A stretch of 64,000 bases of DNA, taken from the NCBI GenBank assembly GCA_963729715.1, contig CAVSPA010000006.1, positions 288,001-352,000 of the forward strand, written 5' to 3'. The position numbers and the translations under genes are program-made. Position 1 is the first letter of the stretch, and each line of letters opens with the position of its first letter. Of this stretch, positions 39,093 to 49,438 are shown piece after piece. The stretch comes from an uncultured delta proteobacterium. GTDB lineage: Bacteria > Desulfobacterota > Syntrophia > Syntrophales > UBA2185. Under the pieces are notes generated by a model that was not told where the DNA came from, did not search any database, and saw only the letters and a program-made list of their open reading frames with translations.

Positions 39093-39686
39093 TTATGCCT
39101 TTTCTATACCCCTTGCGGATAAGATGACCTCTATACGGTCATGAATGGTCACCGCTGTTCTCAAAGCAAGAGCAAAGGACTTGAAAATTGCCTCTGCAAT
39201 ATGATGGTTATTCTCACCATAAAGAAGATTGATGTGCAAGGTCATTCCACTATTGTTTGAAAAAGATTCAAAAAATTTCTTTATCAGCGAGTAGTCGATT
39301 TCGCTGGCTTTATTGCTTTTGAACTTGACATTGTAAATCAGGCAGGGTCGTCCCGAAAGATCTATAACGACTTCGCACAGGCTTTCATCCATCGGAATGA
39401 CAGCAGTTCCGTAACGGGTTATCCCTTTCTTGTCACCGATAGATTCTTTAACGGCGTCGCCAAGACATATCCCAATATCCGCGATCAATCGATGATCATC
39501 TGTGTCTTTATGAACCTTGCTTCTTATGACCAGATCCATGAGAGCATGCCTCGCAAAGAGGGTAAGCATATGATCCATAAAAGGTATTGTTGTGGATATA
39601 TTGCCATTACCTGCACCATCGAGGCTTATATCTATGGAGATATTCGTCGCGGTTGTTCTCCTGTTTATTCTTGCCTTGCGCTTCAT
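39093..39686 (-). CDS. Degenerate imidazoleglycerol-phosphate dehydratase (HisB) homologue
   Basis: FMDHML, PMDE, DLSGRP, NNHHIAEAIFK present; first HHxxE motif altered to HRLIA. Confidence 0.8.
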   Translation of the reverse strand: MKRKARINRRTTATNISIDISLDGAGNGNISTTIPFMDHMLTLFARHALMDLVIRSKVHKDTDDHRLIADIGICLGDAVKESIGDKKGITRYGTAVIPMDESLCEVVIDLSGRPCLIYNVKFKSNKASEIDYSLIKKFFESFSNNSGMTLHINLLYGENNHHIAEAIFKSFALALRTAVTIHDRIEVILSARGIEKA

Positions 39687-40069
39687 TATCCATGTGCCTC
39701 TCGAATCAATTTATTCAATGGTTCGGGAATTATAATCTCTAACATTACATATGTTTTTTTTGACTAACACGATTTATATGAGAAATCTACTATGAATCGA
39801 CAAATCACAGCGCATGATTCAGGAAGGAGCAAGCGCTTCATCCTCCTTCCTTGTCAACGCACCTGAAAGCACCTGAAAATTGCCCGCTATCTATTGAAGT
39901 CGAGATTTTTGGGAAAAAGCTTTCCTCTCGTAATGCGCACGAGTGATCAATTGATAAGGACACATTTCATCGTTGGGAAACTATAATTGCCGAGAGGGAA
40001 ACAAGAGATGCTTTAACAGCTATGAATCACATGAAATTATATCAAAGAATCCGCAGGCCTGCCTTAATT

Positions 40070-40123
40070 GTCACAAGCTCTTAACACAACCATAATAAAA
40101 TCTTAACAAAATGCATGTACAAT
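40070..40123 (+). promoter_or_regulatory. Putative Pho box + -10 upstream of the HAD fusion/phoH2 genes
   Basis: GTCACA(40070) TTAACA(40081) ATAATA(40092) TTAACA(40103); TACAAT at 40118. Confidence 0.75.
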
Positions 40124-40156
40124 AGTTATCTGAAAGAAGATTATCGGAGATTACAT

Positions 40157-41650
40157 ATGAGAGAGTGGATGAAAAGATTGGCTCTGCACTATGAGAGAGT
40201 AAAGTATCTGCAGCCGGAAGACAAGCTGATGATCCTTTTCGATATCGATGGCACTATCCTGGATATGCGATGCATGATTTTATATGTTCTCCAATCCTTT
40301 GACTATCACCATGGGACATGCTTCTTTGAAGGTATGAAGAGTAGCGATATTACAATTCATGAAACAGAAGTTAATAAACTTCTCGACGAGCTGGCAATTC
40401 CTATGGATCAGAGGGCCGATATTGTTGATTGGTATGAAAAGAAATTCTGGTCTAATGAGGCGATGCTTGAAGCACACAGGCCTTTCGCAGGCGTGATGGA
40501 GGTCATACGGTGGTTCCAAATGCAGCCGAACACATATGTTGGCCTGAATACAGGCAGACCGGAATATATGAGAATGGACACGCTTCGCTCACTTAACAAA
40601 ATCGGCCAAGAATACAAGGTGGAATTCAGTAACAGCCTGCTCTACATGATGAATCCATATGGATCGGACAGGGAAATTACCACCTCTAAAGTTGCGGGAA
40701 TTCTCCATTTTCAGAAATCAGGTTATCGCATATTTGCCTATATAGACAATGAACCGGAGAATTTAAAGGCTATATCCGAACTTGACCCGCGGAAACAGAT
40801 TCTCCTGCTTCATGCCAATACACTGTTTAAATCGAAGCGCAGGAAATTACCTTCCCACGCCGTGAGCGGAAAACGATACGACCTTACCGAGTTGATTTAT
40901 GAAAGAGCACTTCCGCAACACGTGCAATTTGTCTGGCACGGCGTTAATGACGAAGGAAACCTGAGACAGTTCCTTATCTCAAATATCCGCTGGGCGGAGT
41001 GCGATATTCGTCTGGACCCGAAACGGGAACACATCGTTGTTCGTGACGATTCATTCGAATCTACACCTATTCAGGAAGATGAAGTTCTTCTTCCACTAAA
41101 TGATATCTTGGACGCGTTTAAGGAGTCAAGGAAATCTATCAAACTCGATTTAAAGGAAAATGGGTTTCTCTTGAACAAGACATTGTCGCTCCTCGGAAAT
41201 CATTCTTTCGATGCTGCAGCCCTATGGTTCAACGGAAGGATTGAAGTGCTGAAGGAGGAAGGCTTTTGTAAACTGGCGGAAGCTTACCCTATGTCGATCA
41301 TACAATGCCCTATTGATTATCTTGTCCCCCTTATCTTAAGTGTTCCTAATAAAGCCTTGGCCATTCTTGATATGTTTAAAGATTGGGGGATTAACCGCTT
41401 TTCCATCAGTTGGAATACTACAAACATCAGTCATATCCTTGGTAAATTGGATAAATGGGGCTTTGATGCAAATATCTACAACGTGCCCGACCTGGGATCA
41501 TTTTTGCGAGCCGTCCTCCTCCAGCCAAAGTCAATTACATCAGATTTCAATTTTCCCAAGTGGCAATATTACGGGAGGGGATCGGGGCAGAACCAAAGAC
41601 GGCATGTATATTCGATCGCTAACATCTCTCATGGCCTTTCGTTGTCATAG
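40157..41650 (+). CDS. HAD-superfamily phosphatase fused to a PLC/GDPD-like (menorin/DUF2181-like) TIM barrel
   Basis: FDIDGT, NTGR, IDN HAD motifs; C-half VWHGVND, AECDIR, IKLDLKE, LWFN; start ATG 40157 after GGAG. Confidence 0.7.
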   Translation: MREWMKRLALHYERVKYLQPEDKLMILFDIDGTILDMRCMILYVLQSFDYHHGTCFFEGMKSSDITIHETEVNKLLDELAIPMDQRADIVDWYEKKFWSNEAMLEAHRPFAGVMEVIRWFQMQPNTYVGLNTGRPEYMRMDTLRSLNKIGQEYKVEFSNSLLYMMNPYGSDREITTSKVAGILHFQKSGYRIFAYIDNEPENLKAISELDPRKQILLLHANTLFKSKRRKLPSHAVSGKRYDLTELIYERALPQHVQFVWHGVNDEGNLRQFLISNIRWAECDIRLDPKREHIVVRDDSFESTPIQEDEVLLPLNDILDAFKESRKSIKLDLKENGFLLNKTLSLLGNHSFDAAALWFNGRIEVLKEEGFCKLAEAYPMSIIQCPIDYLVPLILSVPNKALAILDMFKDWGINRFSISWNTTNISHILGKLDKWGFDANIYNVPDLGSFLRAVLLQPKSITSDFNFPKWQYYGRGSGQNQRRHVYSIANISHGLSLS

Positions 41651-41697
41651 CGGCATGGCGGTTGTTCACATGATAACGTAACGGCCATAAATCTTAA

Positions 41698-43044
41698 ATG
41701 GAAGCAACTAATTTGCCCCATCAAGCGCCTCGTATACCGAAGACCTTTATTCTCGATACCAACATATTGTTGCATAATCCAGAGTCGATCTTCTCATTCG
41801 AGGATAACGACGTAGTTATACCGTCTGCTGTGATCGAGGAGATTGATGACCAGAAAAAGAGACAGGATGAAATCGGCAGGAATGCACGTGTGGTCGCTCA
41901 TGAACTGGACGAATTGAGAAAAATAGGCCATCTTTCGGACGGCGTCGGGCTTCCTTCAGGAGGGAGACTTAGAATTGAGTTGAATCATCAAAAGATGCCG
42001 GATATCCTATTAGGATGGGACCCTCTAAAGAAGGACAACCGCATTCTCTCGCTTGCCTACCATCTGCGTCAAGAAACTGAAGGGGATATTCGTCTAGTCA
42101 CGAAGGATTTGGGACTTCGGATCAAAGCCGATGTTCTGCACATTCCCGCTGAGGATTTTTACAATGATAAGATCGATCACACCCGATTATATGGGGGCGC
42201 CGGAGAGTTAATCGTTACCGAGAATGAGCTGAACACCTTCTATAAGGAAAAGGCATTGATTCTCAACGGAGAACGAAGCGGATTCCCAAACCAGTTCTTC
42301 GTATTGAAGAATTCGGGGAACCCCTCTCAATCGGCATTGTGTCGCTATTTCAAGAAAACCCTATACCACCTTACTTACGGTGAAAATGTTTACTTTGGCA
42401 TCAGAGCCAAGAACAAAGAACAGAAGTTCGCCCTTGAACTGCTGATGAATGACAATATAAAGGTGGTCACTCTTGTTGGCCGGGCAGGCACGGGAAAAAC
42501 TTTGATTGCTCTCGCAACGGGATTGGAAAAAGTCCTTGAGCAGAATGTCTATACAAAGCTCCTCATTACAAGGCCTACCGTCCCGATGGGAAGCGATCTT
42601 GGATATCTGCCGGGCACCAAAGAGGAAAAATTACGTCCCTGGATGCAGCCCATTTTCGATAATCTTGAATTTCTATTCGGGAATAACCAAGAGGCCAAGG
42701 AGCCGCAAAGAATCATAGAACATTTAATGGATATTGGAATCATTGAGATGGAAGCATTAACATATATTCGGGGCAGGAGCATTCCCAAGCAGTTTATTAT
42801 CTGCGACGAAGCGCAAAATCTTACTCCCCATATGATTAAGACCTTGCTCACGCGTGTCGGGGAGGGGACAAAAATAGTTTTCACTGGGGATCTCGAACAG
42901 ATTGACCACCCCTACTTGGATGCCAGCAGTAACGGATTAACCTATGTGACAGAGAAAATGAAAACTGAAGAAATAACCGGTCACGTTATGCTGTCGAAGG
43001 GAGAAAGATCCGCTGTGGCCGAACTCGGGGCAAGACTTCTGTAG
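41698..43044 (+). CDS. PhoH2 (PIN domain + PhoH ATPase)
   Basis: ILDTNILLH PIN motif; GRAGTGKT, LGYLPG, YIRGRS, DEAQN, TGDLEQID. Confidence 0.93.
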   Translation: MEATNLPHQAPRIPKTFILDTNILLHNPESIFSFEDNDVVIPSAVIEEIDDQKKRQDEIGRNARVVAHELDELRKIGHLSDGVGLPSGGRLRIELNHQKMPDILLGWDPLKKDNRILSLAYHLRQETEGDIRLVTKDLGLRIKADVLHIPAEDFYNDKIDHTRLYGGAGELIVTENELNTFYKEKALILNGERSGFPNQFFVLKNSGNPSQSALCRYFKKTLYHLTYGENVYFGIRAKNKEQKFALELLMNDNIKVVTLVGRAGTGKTLIALATGLEKVLEQNVYTKLLITRPTVPMGSDLGYLPGTKEEKLRPWMQPIFDNLEFLFGNNQEAKEPQRIIEHLMDIGIIEMEALTYIRGRSIPKQFIICDEAQNLTPHMIKTLLTRVGEGTKIVFTGDLEQIDHPYLDASSNGLTYVTEKMKTEEITGHVMLSKGERSAVAELGARLL

Positions 43045-43296
43045 ATGTTTTTTTAATAGTGATAAGACTTTCATCAAGAGGTTGGAAATGATAAAATGAA
43101 AGTATAAGAAAGCGGTGAAATTGTAGAGGCGCGGGGAGTTGACACAAGTCCGGAAAAGAAGATTGAACGATTCACAAGTGATTTTCCCACTAGTTGCAGC
43201 AGGGACAAGTGGGCAGAGTTATGTCGCCAAGATGATTTTTTCGAGATTCAATTTTGAAGACAATTGGTCGGCTCGCGTTGTAACGAATTATTAGAT

Positions 43297-44808
43297 ATGT
43301 CTGTCATTTCTGCCATCGATGTCGGGTCAAATGCTATACGGATGGCCATTGCCTCCGTAGAAGAAGAAAAAACACTTCAAATGCTATACTGTTGCCGCGA
43401 ACCAATCCGACTTGGTCAGGATGTGTTCGCCACCGGCATGATCTCAGCCGCTACCGTTCAGCGGTCCATCGAAGCCTTCAAGAGATTCCGTTCCATAATT
43501 GATCGGCATCATGTTGACCGGATCAGAGCGCTCGGAACGAGCGCCCTGCGAGAGTCCCGCAATCGATTAGAAGTCATAAATGAGATTGCCACAGCCTCCG
43601 GTATCGAGGTGACTCCCATCGGTAGTGATGAGGAGGCACGTCTTATAAGCAGAGCGGTTGAATCTAAGGTCAATCTCAAGAATAAAAACGCCGTACTTGT
43701 CGATATAGGCGGAGGCAGCGCTGAAGTCGTAGTTCTTGAAAACGGCCATGTTTCAACTACCGACAGCTTTAGAATGGGAAGCGTTCGCCTTTTGCAAATG
43801 TTCGGCAATCGAAACCAGGGAATAGAAAATTTCATCTCCCTGTCGCGTGACTATCTTAAGCCTACTGGACGTCTCATCAAGAACAGGATTGGCAGAAGTA
43901 AGATCGATCTTTGCATTGGTACAGGCGGTAACGTCGAGGTACTTGGAGAACTGAGAAAACAATTATTGGGTAAACGCAGCAATGAATTCCTGCAGGCCAA
44001 GGAGTTGAAGCAGATTTTGGCTGAATTGCAGGCCCTCAGTTATGAGGATCGCATCGTTCACCTGAAATTACGTCCCGACCGGGCAGATGTTATTTTACCT
44101 GCCGCTGTTGTTCTCGAATATTTACTTAAGCAGTTTGGCATTTCTAAAGTAATGATTCCCCACGTAAGCCTCCAGGAAGGAATCTTGGTAGAATTGGCGG
44201 AAGAAATCGACGGCCCCGATTACATTCATTTACGGAATCAGGTTCTCCAGTCAGTTCGCGTCATCGGACGAAAGTTTGACTTCGATGAAAAGCATGCTGA
44301 GACTGTAGCTGTTTTTGCAGAGCAGCTTTTTGACGCAACCGAACCCCTTCACAGACTCGACAGCAATGACCGACTGATTCTTTCTGCAACAGCCTGGCTT
44401 CACGATATCGGCCAGTTTGTGAATATCACTGATCATCACAAGCATTCTCTCTATATTATTAATGCATCGCCAATAGTGGGCCTGACGCCACCGCAAAAAA
44501 AGATCGTAGCTAACGTAGCTCGTTACCATAACAAATCATTTCCGAAGCTTCGCCATGAAAACTTTATTTCGCTGTCCGAAGCGGATCGGGAACGGGTAAA
44601 GAAACTCTCGGCTATTATTAGACTTGCTGATGCCATTGATTTTGAACATGTGGGTCGAGTCGTCAAACTGACCGCCTCCATGGCTAAGGATTATCTGATC
44701 CTTGAGCTCAACGGGTCGGGTGATCTTTCTTTAACCAAGTGGGCTTTACGAAAGCAATCCGCGTTGTTTCAGGATGTTTTCCACATGTACGTTCAGGTTA
44801 ATTCATGA
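43297..44808 (+). CDS. ppx: Ppx/GppA exopolyphosphatase with C-terminal HD domain
   Basis: IDVGSNAIR, TSALRE, EEARL, DIGGGSAE, RADVI, LHDIG. Confidence 0.93.
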   Translation: MSVISAIDVGSNAIRMAIASVEEEKTLQMLYCCREPIRLGQDVFATGMISAATVQRSIEAFKRFRSIIDRHHVDRIRALGTSALRESRNRLEVINEIATASGIEVTPIGSDEEARLISRAVESKVNLKNKNAVLVDIGGGSAEVVVLENGHVSTTDSFRMGSVRLLQMFGNRNQGIENFISLSRDYLKPTGRLIKNRIGRSKIDLCIGTGGNVEVLGELRKQLLGKRSNEFLQAKELKQILAELQALSYEDRIVHLKLRPDRADVILPAAVVLEYLLKQFGISKVMIPHVSLQEGILVELAEEIDGPDYIHLRNQVLQSVRVIGRKFDFDEKHAETVAVFAEQLFDATEPLHRLDSNDRLILSATAWLHDIGQFVNITDHHKHSLYIINASPIVGLTPPQKKIVANVARYHNKSFPKLRHENFISLSEADRERVKKLSAIIRLADAIDFEHVGRVVKLTASMAKDYLILELNGSGDLSLTKWALRKQSALFQDVFHMYVQVNS

Positions 44809-45052
44809 TACGATATTTCCCGGAAACCGGGTGAGGGGGGGGGATAATGTCGATTTTAGCCTCGCATCATCGAGCAATAGGAAGGGTGTGGTTTCAAACA
44901 TGCCCACGAGCCATGATGCAGCGCTGAAAACAAGATTAGCCCTGGAAGTTTCAAGAGAAGACTCTGGCGCAACTTTCCAGTGAGTTTGGGGTTCACGTGT
45001 AAACCAAATTCGGAAATGGCTGCAGACAAAGAAGGCGGAGGAGCGTTCTTAG

Positions 45053-46591
45053 ATGCTTGAACAGGTTGATCTGTCGCTCAAGATACCAAAGAACGAATAC
45101 AATAAGCTTATCGAGCCGCTCGGTTACAGCCTTGTCGAACTTCAGCGACGATGCAGAGAAGCCGGGATTCCCATTGTTGTCGTTTACGAGGGTTGGGATG
45201 CCGCCGGCAAAGGCGGAAGTGTGAACCAGCTTATGCGGTTGATCGACCCGCGAGGTTTCAAGGTCTATGGGATGGAGGCGCCGGTAGAAAGCGAGCGAAT
45301 GAGGCCTCTCCTGTGGCGCTTCGCCATCCGTATGCCTCCGCGCGGTTTCATGGCAATATTCATCCGTTCCTGGTATAGCCGGGTTCTTGTCGAACGCGTC
45401 GAAGAGCTCGTATCCGAAAATGAGTGGCGCAAAGCGTACGGCGACATCAATTCCTTTGAAAGACGACTCGTTGACGACGGGACGGTAATTATAAAGTTTT
45501 GGCTTCATATCAGCACGAGGGAACAGCGCCAACGGTTGAAAGAATTGGAAAAAGATCCGTACGATTCGTGGCGGGCAAAACCTGCTAATTGGGAGAACCA
45601 CAACCAATACAAGTCTTATGTCAAGGCCGTAGAGGAGATGCTCCAGCAGACTTCGAATCCATCCGTCCCGTGGACGATCATCGAGGCCGAGGACAAATAC
45701 TTCGGGAGACTTAAAACCTACGAAACGCTCGCCCGGGTGATGGAGAGTGCGCTGACCGAGAGGGAGCGGTCGGCGAAGGTCAAAAAATCCTACGGTTTCC
45801 ACATTGACCCGAGTGCCTATCGTACCATTGTGCTGAAGAGTGAGCGTTTCCTTAAAAGTTACGACCTCACGAAGAAAATCGAAGACCGCAAGCAATACAA
45901 AGAGCAACTGGGCTCCCTCCAGTTGAAGGCCCGGCAGATTCACAACCGGCTGTTTCTCGGACATACCGCCGCAGTGGTGATTTTCGAGGGGTGGGATGCG
46001 TCGGGGAAGGGCGGCGCGATCAAGCGACTGGTTGCTCAACTCGACACACGGCGCTTCGAAGTTGTTACCACTTTCACCCCTACGAGTGAGGAGCTCGCGC
46101 AGCACTACCTTTGGAGATTCTGGAAGAACATTCCCAAGAAGGGTTTCTTAACCATCTTTGATCGAAGTTGGTACGGTCGGGTTCTCGTGGAACGCGTCGA
46201 AGGGTTATGCCCGACAGATGCTTGGCTGCGGGCTTACAAGGAAATCAATGAATTCGAGAAAATGCTGATAGATGGAAATATCCTCATCGTCAAATTTTGG
46301 CTGCAGATCGACAATGAAGAACAACTCAGAAGATTCAAGACCCGCGAGGATATTCCTTACAAGAACTGGAAGATCACTGAAGAAGACTGGCGGAACCGGG
46401 GAAAGTGGGAGGAGTATGAGATGGCCGTTGCGGATATGATTCAAAAAACATCAACCACCTACGCCCCGTGGACCGTTGTCGCCTCGAACGATAAATACTT
46501 TTCCCGGATCAAGGTGCTAGAAACGTTCATAGAAACAGTTTCCACGAAGCTCAACGGGCAGAAAGCCACAAAAAAAGCCTTGCGAAAATGA
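45053..46591 (+). CDS. pap: Polyphosphate:AMP phosphotransferase (two-domain PPK2, class II)
   Basis: Two tandem PPK2 domains, each with EGWDAxGKGG and RSWYxRVLVERVE. Confidence 0.92.
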   Translation: MLEQVDLSLKIPKNEYNKLIEPLGYSLVELQRRCREAGIPIVVVYEGWDAAGKGGSVNQLMRLIDPRGFKVYGMEAPVESERMRPLLWRFAIRMPPRGFMAIFIRSWYSRVLVERVEELVSENEWRKAYGDINSFERRLVDDGTVIIKFWLHISTREQRQRLKELEKDPYDSWRAKPANWENHNQYKSYVKAVEEMLQQTSNPSVPWTIIEAEDKYFGRLKTYETLARVMESALTERERSAKVKKSYGFHIDPSAYRTIVLKSERFLKSYDLTKKIEDRKQYKEQLGSLQLKARQIHNRLFLGHTAAVVIFEGWDASGKGGAIKRLVAQLDTRRFEVVTTFTPTSEELAQHYLWRFWKNIPKKGFLTIFDRSWYGRVLVERVEGLCPTDAWLRAYKEINEFEKMLIDGNILIVKFWLQIDNEEQLRRFKTREDIPYKNWKITEEDWRNRGKWEEYEMAVADMIQKTSTTYAPWTVVASNDKYFSRIKVLETFIETVSTKLNGQKATKKALRK

Positions 46592-46610
46592 ATCCATTCA
46601 GGAGCGAATC

Positions 46611-48818
46611 ATGACAATAGAGAAAAGACTCAAGCCGGGCGAGCAGCAACAGATAGTAAATTTCGAAGACTCCTCCCTATATATCAATCGAGAACTTTCT
46701 TGGTTGGAATTTAATCGCAGGGTGCTAGAGGAGGCTCGAGACCCGCTAACTCCCACCCTGGAAAAACTCAAGTTTGCCTCTATTTTCAGTTCGAACCTCG
46801 ATGAGTATTTCATGGTCCGGGTGGGCGGACTCTTCCGCGTCCTCGAGGCGGGCGTAGATGAAATCGATGCCAGCGGAAGAACCACCCGGCAGCAACTCGA
46901 CGAAATCGCAGAAAAAGTACGTGGTCTCGTTGTCGAACAATACAGGACGATCAGGGACGAAGTGCTGGCGCGACTCCAAAATGCAGGAGTGTACATCCAC
47001 CTAATCGAAGAACTCGATAAGAATGAGATCAGTCGGCTTGATGAATACTTTGAAGCCCAGGTATTCCCCATTCTCACGCCTCTGGCCGTTGACGCTGGAC
47101 ACCCGTTTCCGTATCTCGGAAACCTCAGGATAAATCTAATGGTTGCTTTTAAGGAAGCGAGCGGAATCAAACTTCCGCAAGCCTACGCCTTTGTTGAGGT
47201 TCCTTCCATCCTGCCGAGGCTTGTTACCATAAATAGAGACATGAAGGGATATCACTATGTCCTCCTTGAGGATCTCATCCGCAAAAACATCCAAAAGCTC
47301 TTTCCCGGTATGGATATCAAGAATGTCATTGCCTTCCGCGTGACGCGCAACCACGATTATGATCTCCACGAAGAGGACGTGATGGATCTTCTTAAATCCG
47401 TGGAGGCCGAGATCAAGGATCGCTCGAACAAGATTGCCGTCCGTCTCGAGATTGAGCCTGGCGCTCCCAAGAAGGTCATCAATCTACTCAACCGGCAGCT
47501 GGGCGTGGAGGAACGGTTTGTCTATGAAATCAATGGCCCGATCAATATCCCCGATTTTCTTTCCCTGTACGAACTGCCGCTCGATCCGTCGCATAAAGAT
47601 ACTCCCTTCAATCCCCGGATCCCGTCACAATTTGCCGCCGACAAGGATATATTTACCATCATTCGCGAGGGTGACGTGCTCCTGCACCACCCGTACGATT
47701 CGTTCGCTATGGTCATGGATTTTCTGAACACGGCGGCCGATGACCCGGATGTACTCGCCATCAAGCAGACGCTTTATCGGATCGGAAAGGACTCTCCAGT
47801 CATCGGGGCGCTGCGGCGGGCTGCCGAGAACGGTAAGCAGGTGACGGCGGTCGTGGAACTGAAGGCCCGGTTTGACGAGGAGTATAACATTGATTGGTCG
47901 AGGCACATGGAGGAATCAGGGGTTAACGCCGTCTTTGGTTTCGTTCGCTGGAAGACACACTGCAAAGCGACCCTTGTTGTGCGTCGTGAAGGGAAGCAGC
48001 TGCGGCGCTACGTCCATGTTTCGACCGGCAATTACAACGTGGTGACGGCGAAGATATACACCGATATCGGCCTCTTCACCTGCAATCCTGATTTCGGCAA
48101 CGACGTATCTGCGCTCTTCAACGTTCTTACCGGATTCAACTCCTGGACCGGCGGAGACCTGCTGACCGCCCAAACGGTAGCCTCCATGTTCCGCAAGTTC
48201 ATGATCTCTCCGGTTACAACGCAGGAGACGCTCCTCCGTCTCATCGATCGGGAGATCCAGAAATCCACCGCAAAGAGCCCGGGACGCATCATTGCCAAAA
48301 TGAACGCCCTGATAGATACAAAGGTCATTCGCAAACTATACGAAGCCTCGCGTGCAGGCGTACATATCGATCTGCTGGCGCGGGGGATTTGTTGCCTTCG
48401 CCCGGGGGTACCGGACATCAGCGAGAATATTCGGGTGATCAGTATTCTCGATCGATTTCTCGAGCATTCCCGAATTTACTACTTCCACAATGGAGGTGAT
48501 CCGGAGATTTATTCTGGGAGCGCCGATTGGATGCCGAGGAATTTTAAGAAGCGGGCCGAGATTCTCTATCCGATAGAAAATAAGGAATCCAAGGCCAGAA
48601 TTATCAACGAAATCCTCATGACGTACCTGAGTGACAACGTGAAAGCCCGTTTCCTGCTGTCAGACGGTTCGTACGTTAGACTCAAACCAAAAGATGGAGA
48701 ACGGCTGGTACGCAGTCAAAGTGAGCTTATCGCAATCGCCCGCAAAGGGGGGATAAAATCTCCACCCTACGAGGAGCTGGTTAAGAAGATCGGCAAGAAG
48801 AAGGGCATGAAGCGATAA
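46611..48818 (+). CDS. ppk1: Polyphosphate kinase 1
   Basis: NRELSWLEFNRRV, HPFP, HHPYDSF, KTHCK, STGNYN, RFLEHSR, SADWMPRN. Confidence 0.97.
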   Translation: MTIEKRLKPGEQQQIVNFEDSSLYINRELSWLEFNRRVLEEARDPLTPTLEKLKFASIFSSNLDEYFMVRVGGLFRVLEAGVDEIDASGRTTRQQLDEIAEKVRGLVVEQYRTIRDEVLARLQNAGVYIHLIEELDKNEISRLDEYFEAQVFPILTPLAVDAGHPFPYLGNLRINLMVAFKEASGIKLPQAYAFVEVPSILPRLVTINRDMKGYHYVLLEDLIRKNIQKLFPGMDIKNVIAFRVTRNHDYDLHEEDVMDLLKSVEAEIKDRSNKIAVRLEIEPGAPKKVINLLNRQLGVEERFVYEINGPINIPDFLSLYELPLDPSHKDTPFNPRIPSQFAADKDIFTIIREGDVLLHHPYDSFAMVMDFLNTAADDPDVLAIKQTLYRIGKDSPVIGALRRAAENGKQVTAVVELKARFDEEYNIDWSRHMEESGVNAVFGFVRWKTHCKATLVVRREGKQLRRYVHVSTGNYNVVTAKIYTDIGLFTCNPDFGNDVSALFNVLTGFNSWTGGDLLTAQTVASMFRKFMISPVTTQETLLRLIDREIQKSTAKSPGRIIAKMNALIDTKVIRKLYEASRAGVHIDLLARGICCLRPGVPDISENIRVISILDRFLEHSRIYYFHNGGDPEIYSGSADWMPRNFKKRAEILYPIENKESKARIINEILMTYLSDNVKARFLLSDGSYVRLKPKDGERLVRSQSELIAIARKGGIKSPPYEELVKKIGKKKGMKR

Positions 48819-48841
48819 GGTTAATTTGGGAGCGAAAGAAA

Positions 48842-49438
48842 ATGCGACGTGAAAAAAGCGACGCAACGATGGCATTTGTCGTCGAGACAGCTCACACTTA
48901 CGACCCCGATCCTTCTCACAGCGAACAGGTTACGGCACTCTCACTTGCCCTCTTCGATGGGCTTCACACCCTCCATGGATACAAATCGGGTGAGCGCCGT
49001 CTCCTTGAGATCGCCTCCCGACTGCACGATATCGGCTGGTCAAGGGTTGTCTCGGGAAAGCACCACAAGTTTAGCAGCGAAATGATCCGGGAACTCGATA
49101 TTCCCGATCTTGACAACGAGGAGCGACTTGTGTGCGCGCTCATTGCCCGGTACCATACAAAGGCTCTTCCTGATCCATCCAGGCATGGTCGGTTCGCGTC
49201 ACTCGATCCGGATAAACGTAAGCTTGTTGAGTGGCTCGCGGGGATTCTTCGTGTCGCAGATGGTCTCGACTGCAACCATACGAGCCCCATCAAACGGTTA
49301 TCATGCACAGTCGGCGATGAAACGGTAACCATTCAACTTGAATGCTCGGATGGCTGCCGCTTGGAAGTTGAAAGAGCCCGTCAAAAGCAGGAGCTGCTTT
49401 TGACAAAAGCGGACAGAAAGATCGTATACCGATGCTGA
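48842..49438 (+). CDS. Stand-alone HD-domain protein (Ppx C-terminal-like)
   Basis: HSEQV, LHDIG, HHK, ARYH, LRVADGLD. Confidence 0.88.
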   Translation: MRREKSDATMAFVVETAHTYDPDPSHSEQVTALSLALFDGLHTLHGYKSGERRLLEIASRLHDIGWSRVVSGKHHKFSSEMIRELDIPDLDNEERLVCALIARYHTKALPDPSRHGRFASLDPDKRKLVEWLAGILRVADGLDCNHTSPIKRLSCTVGDETVTIQLECSDGCRLEVERARQKQELLLTKADRKIVYRC

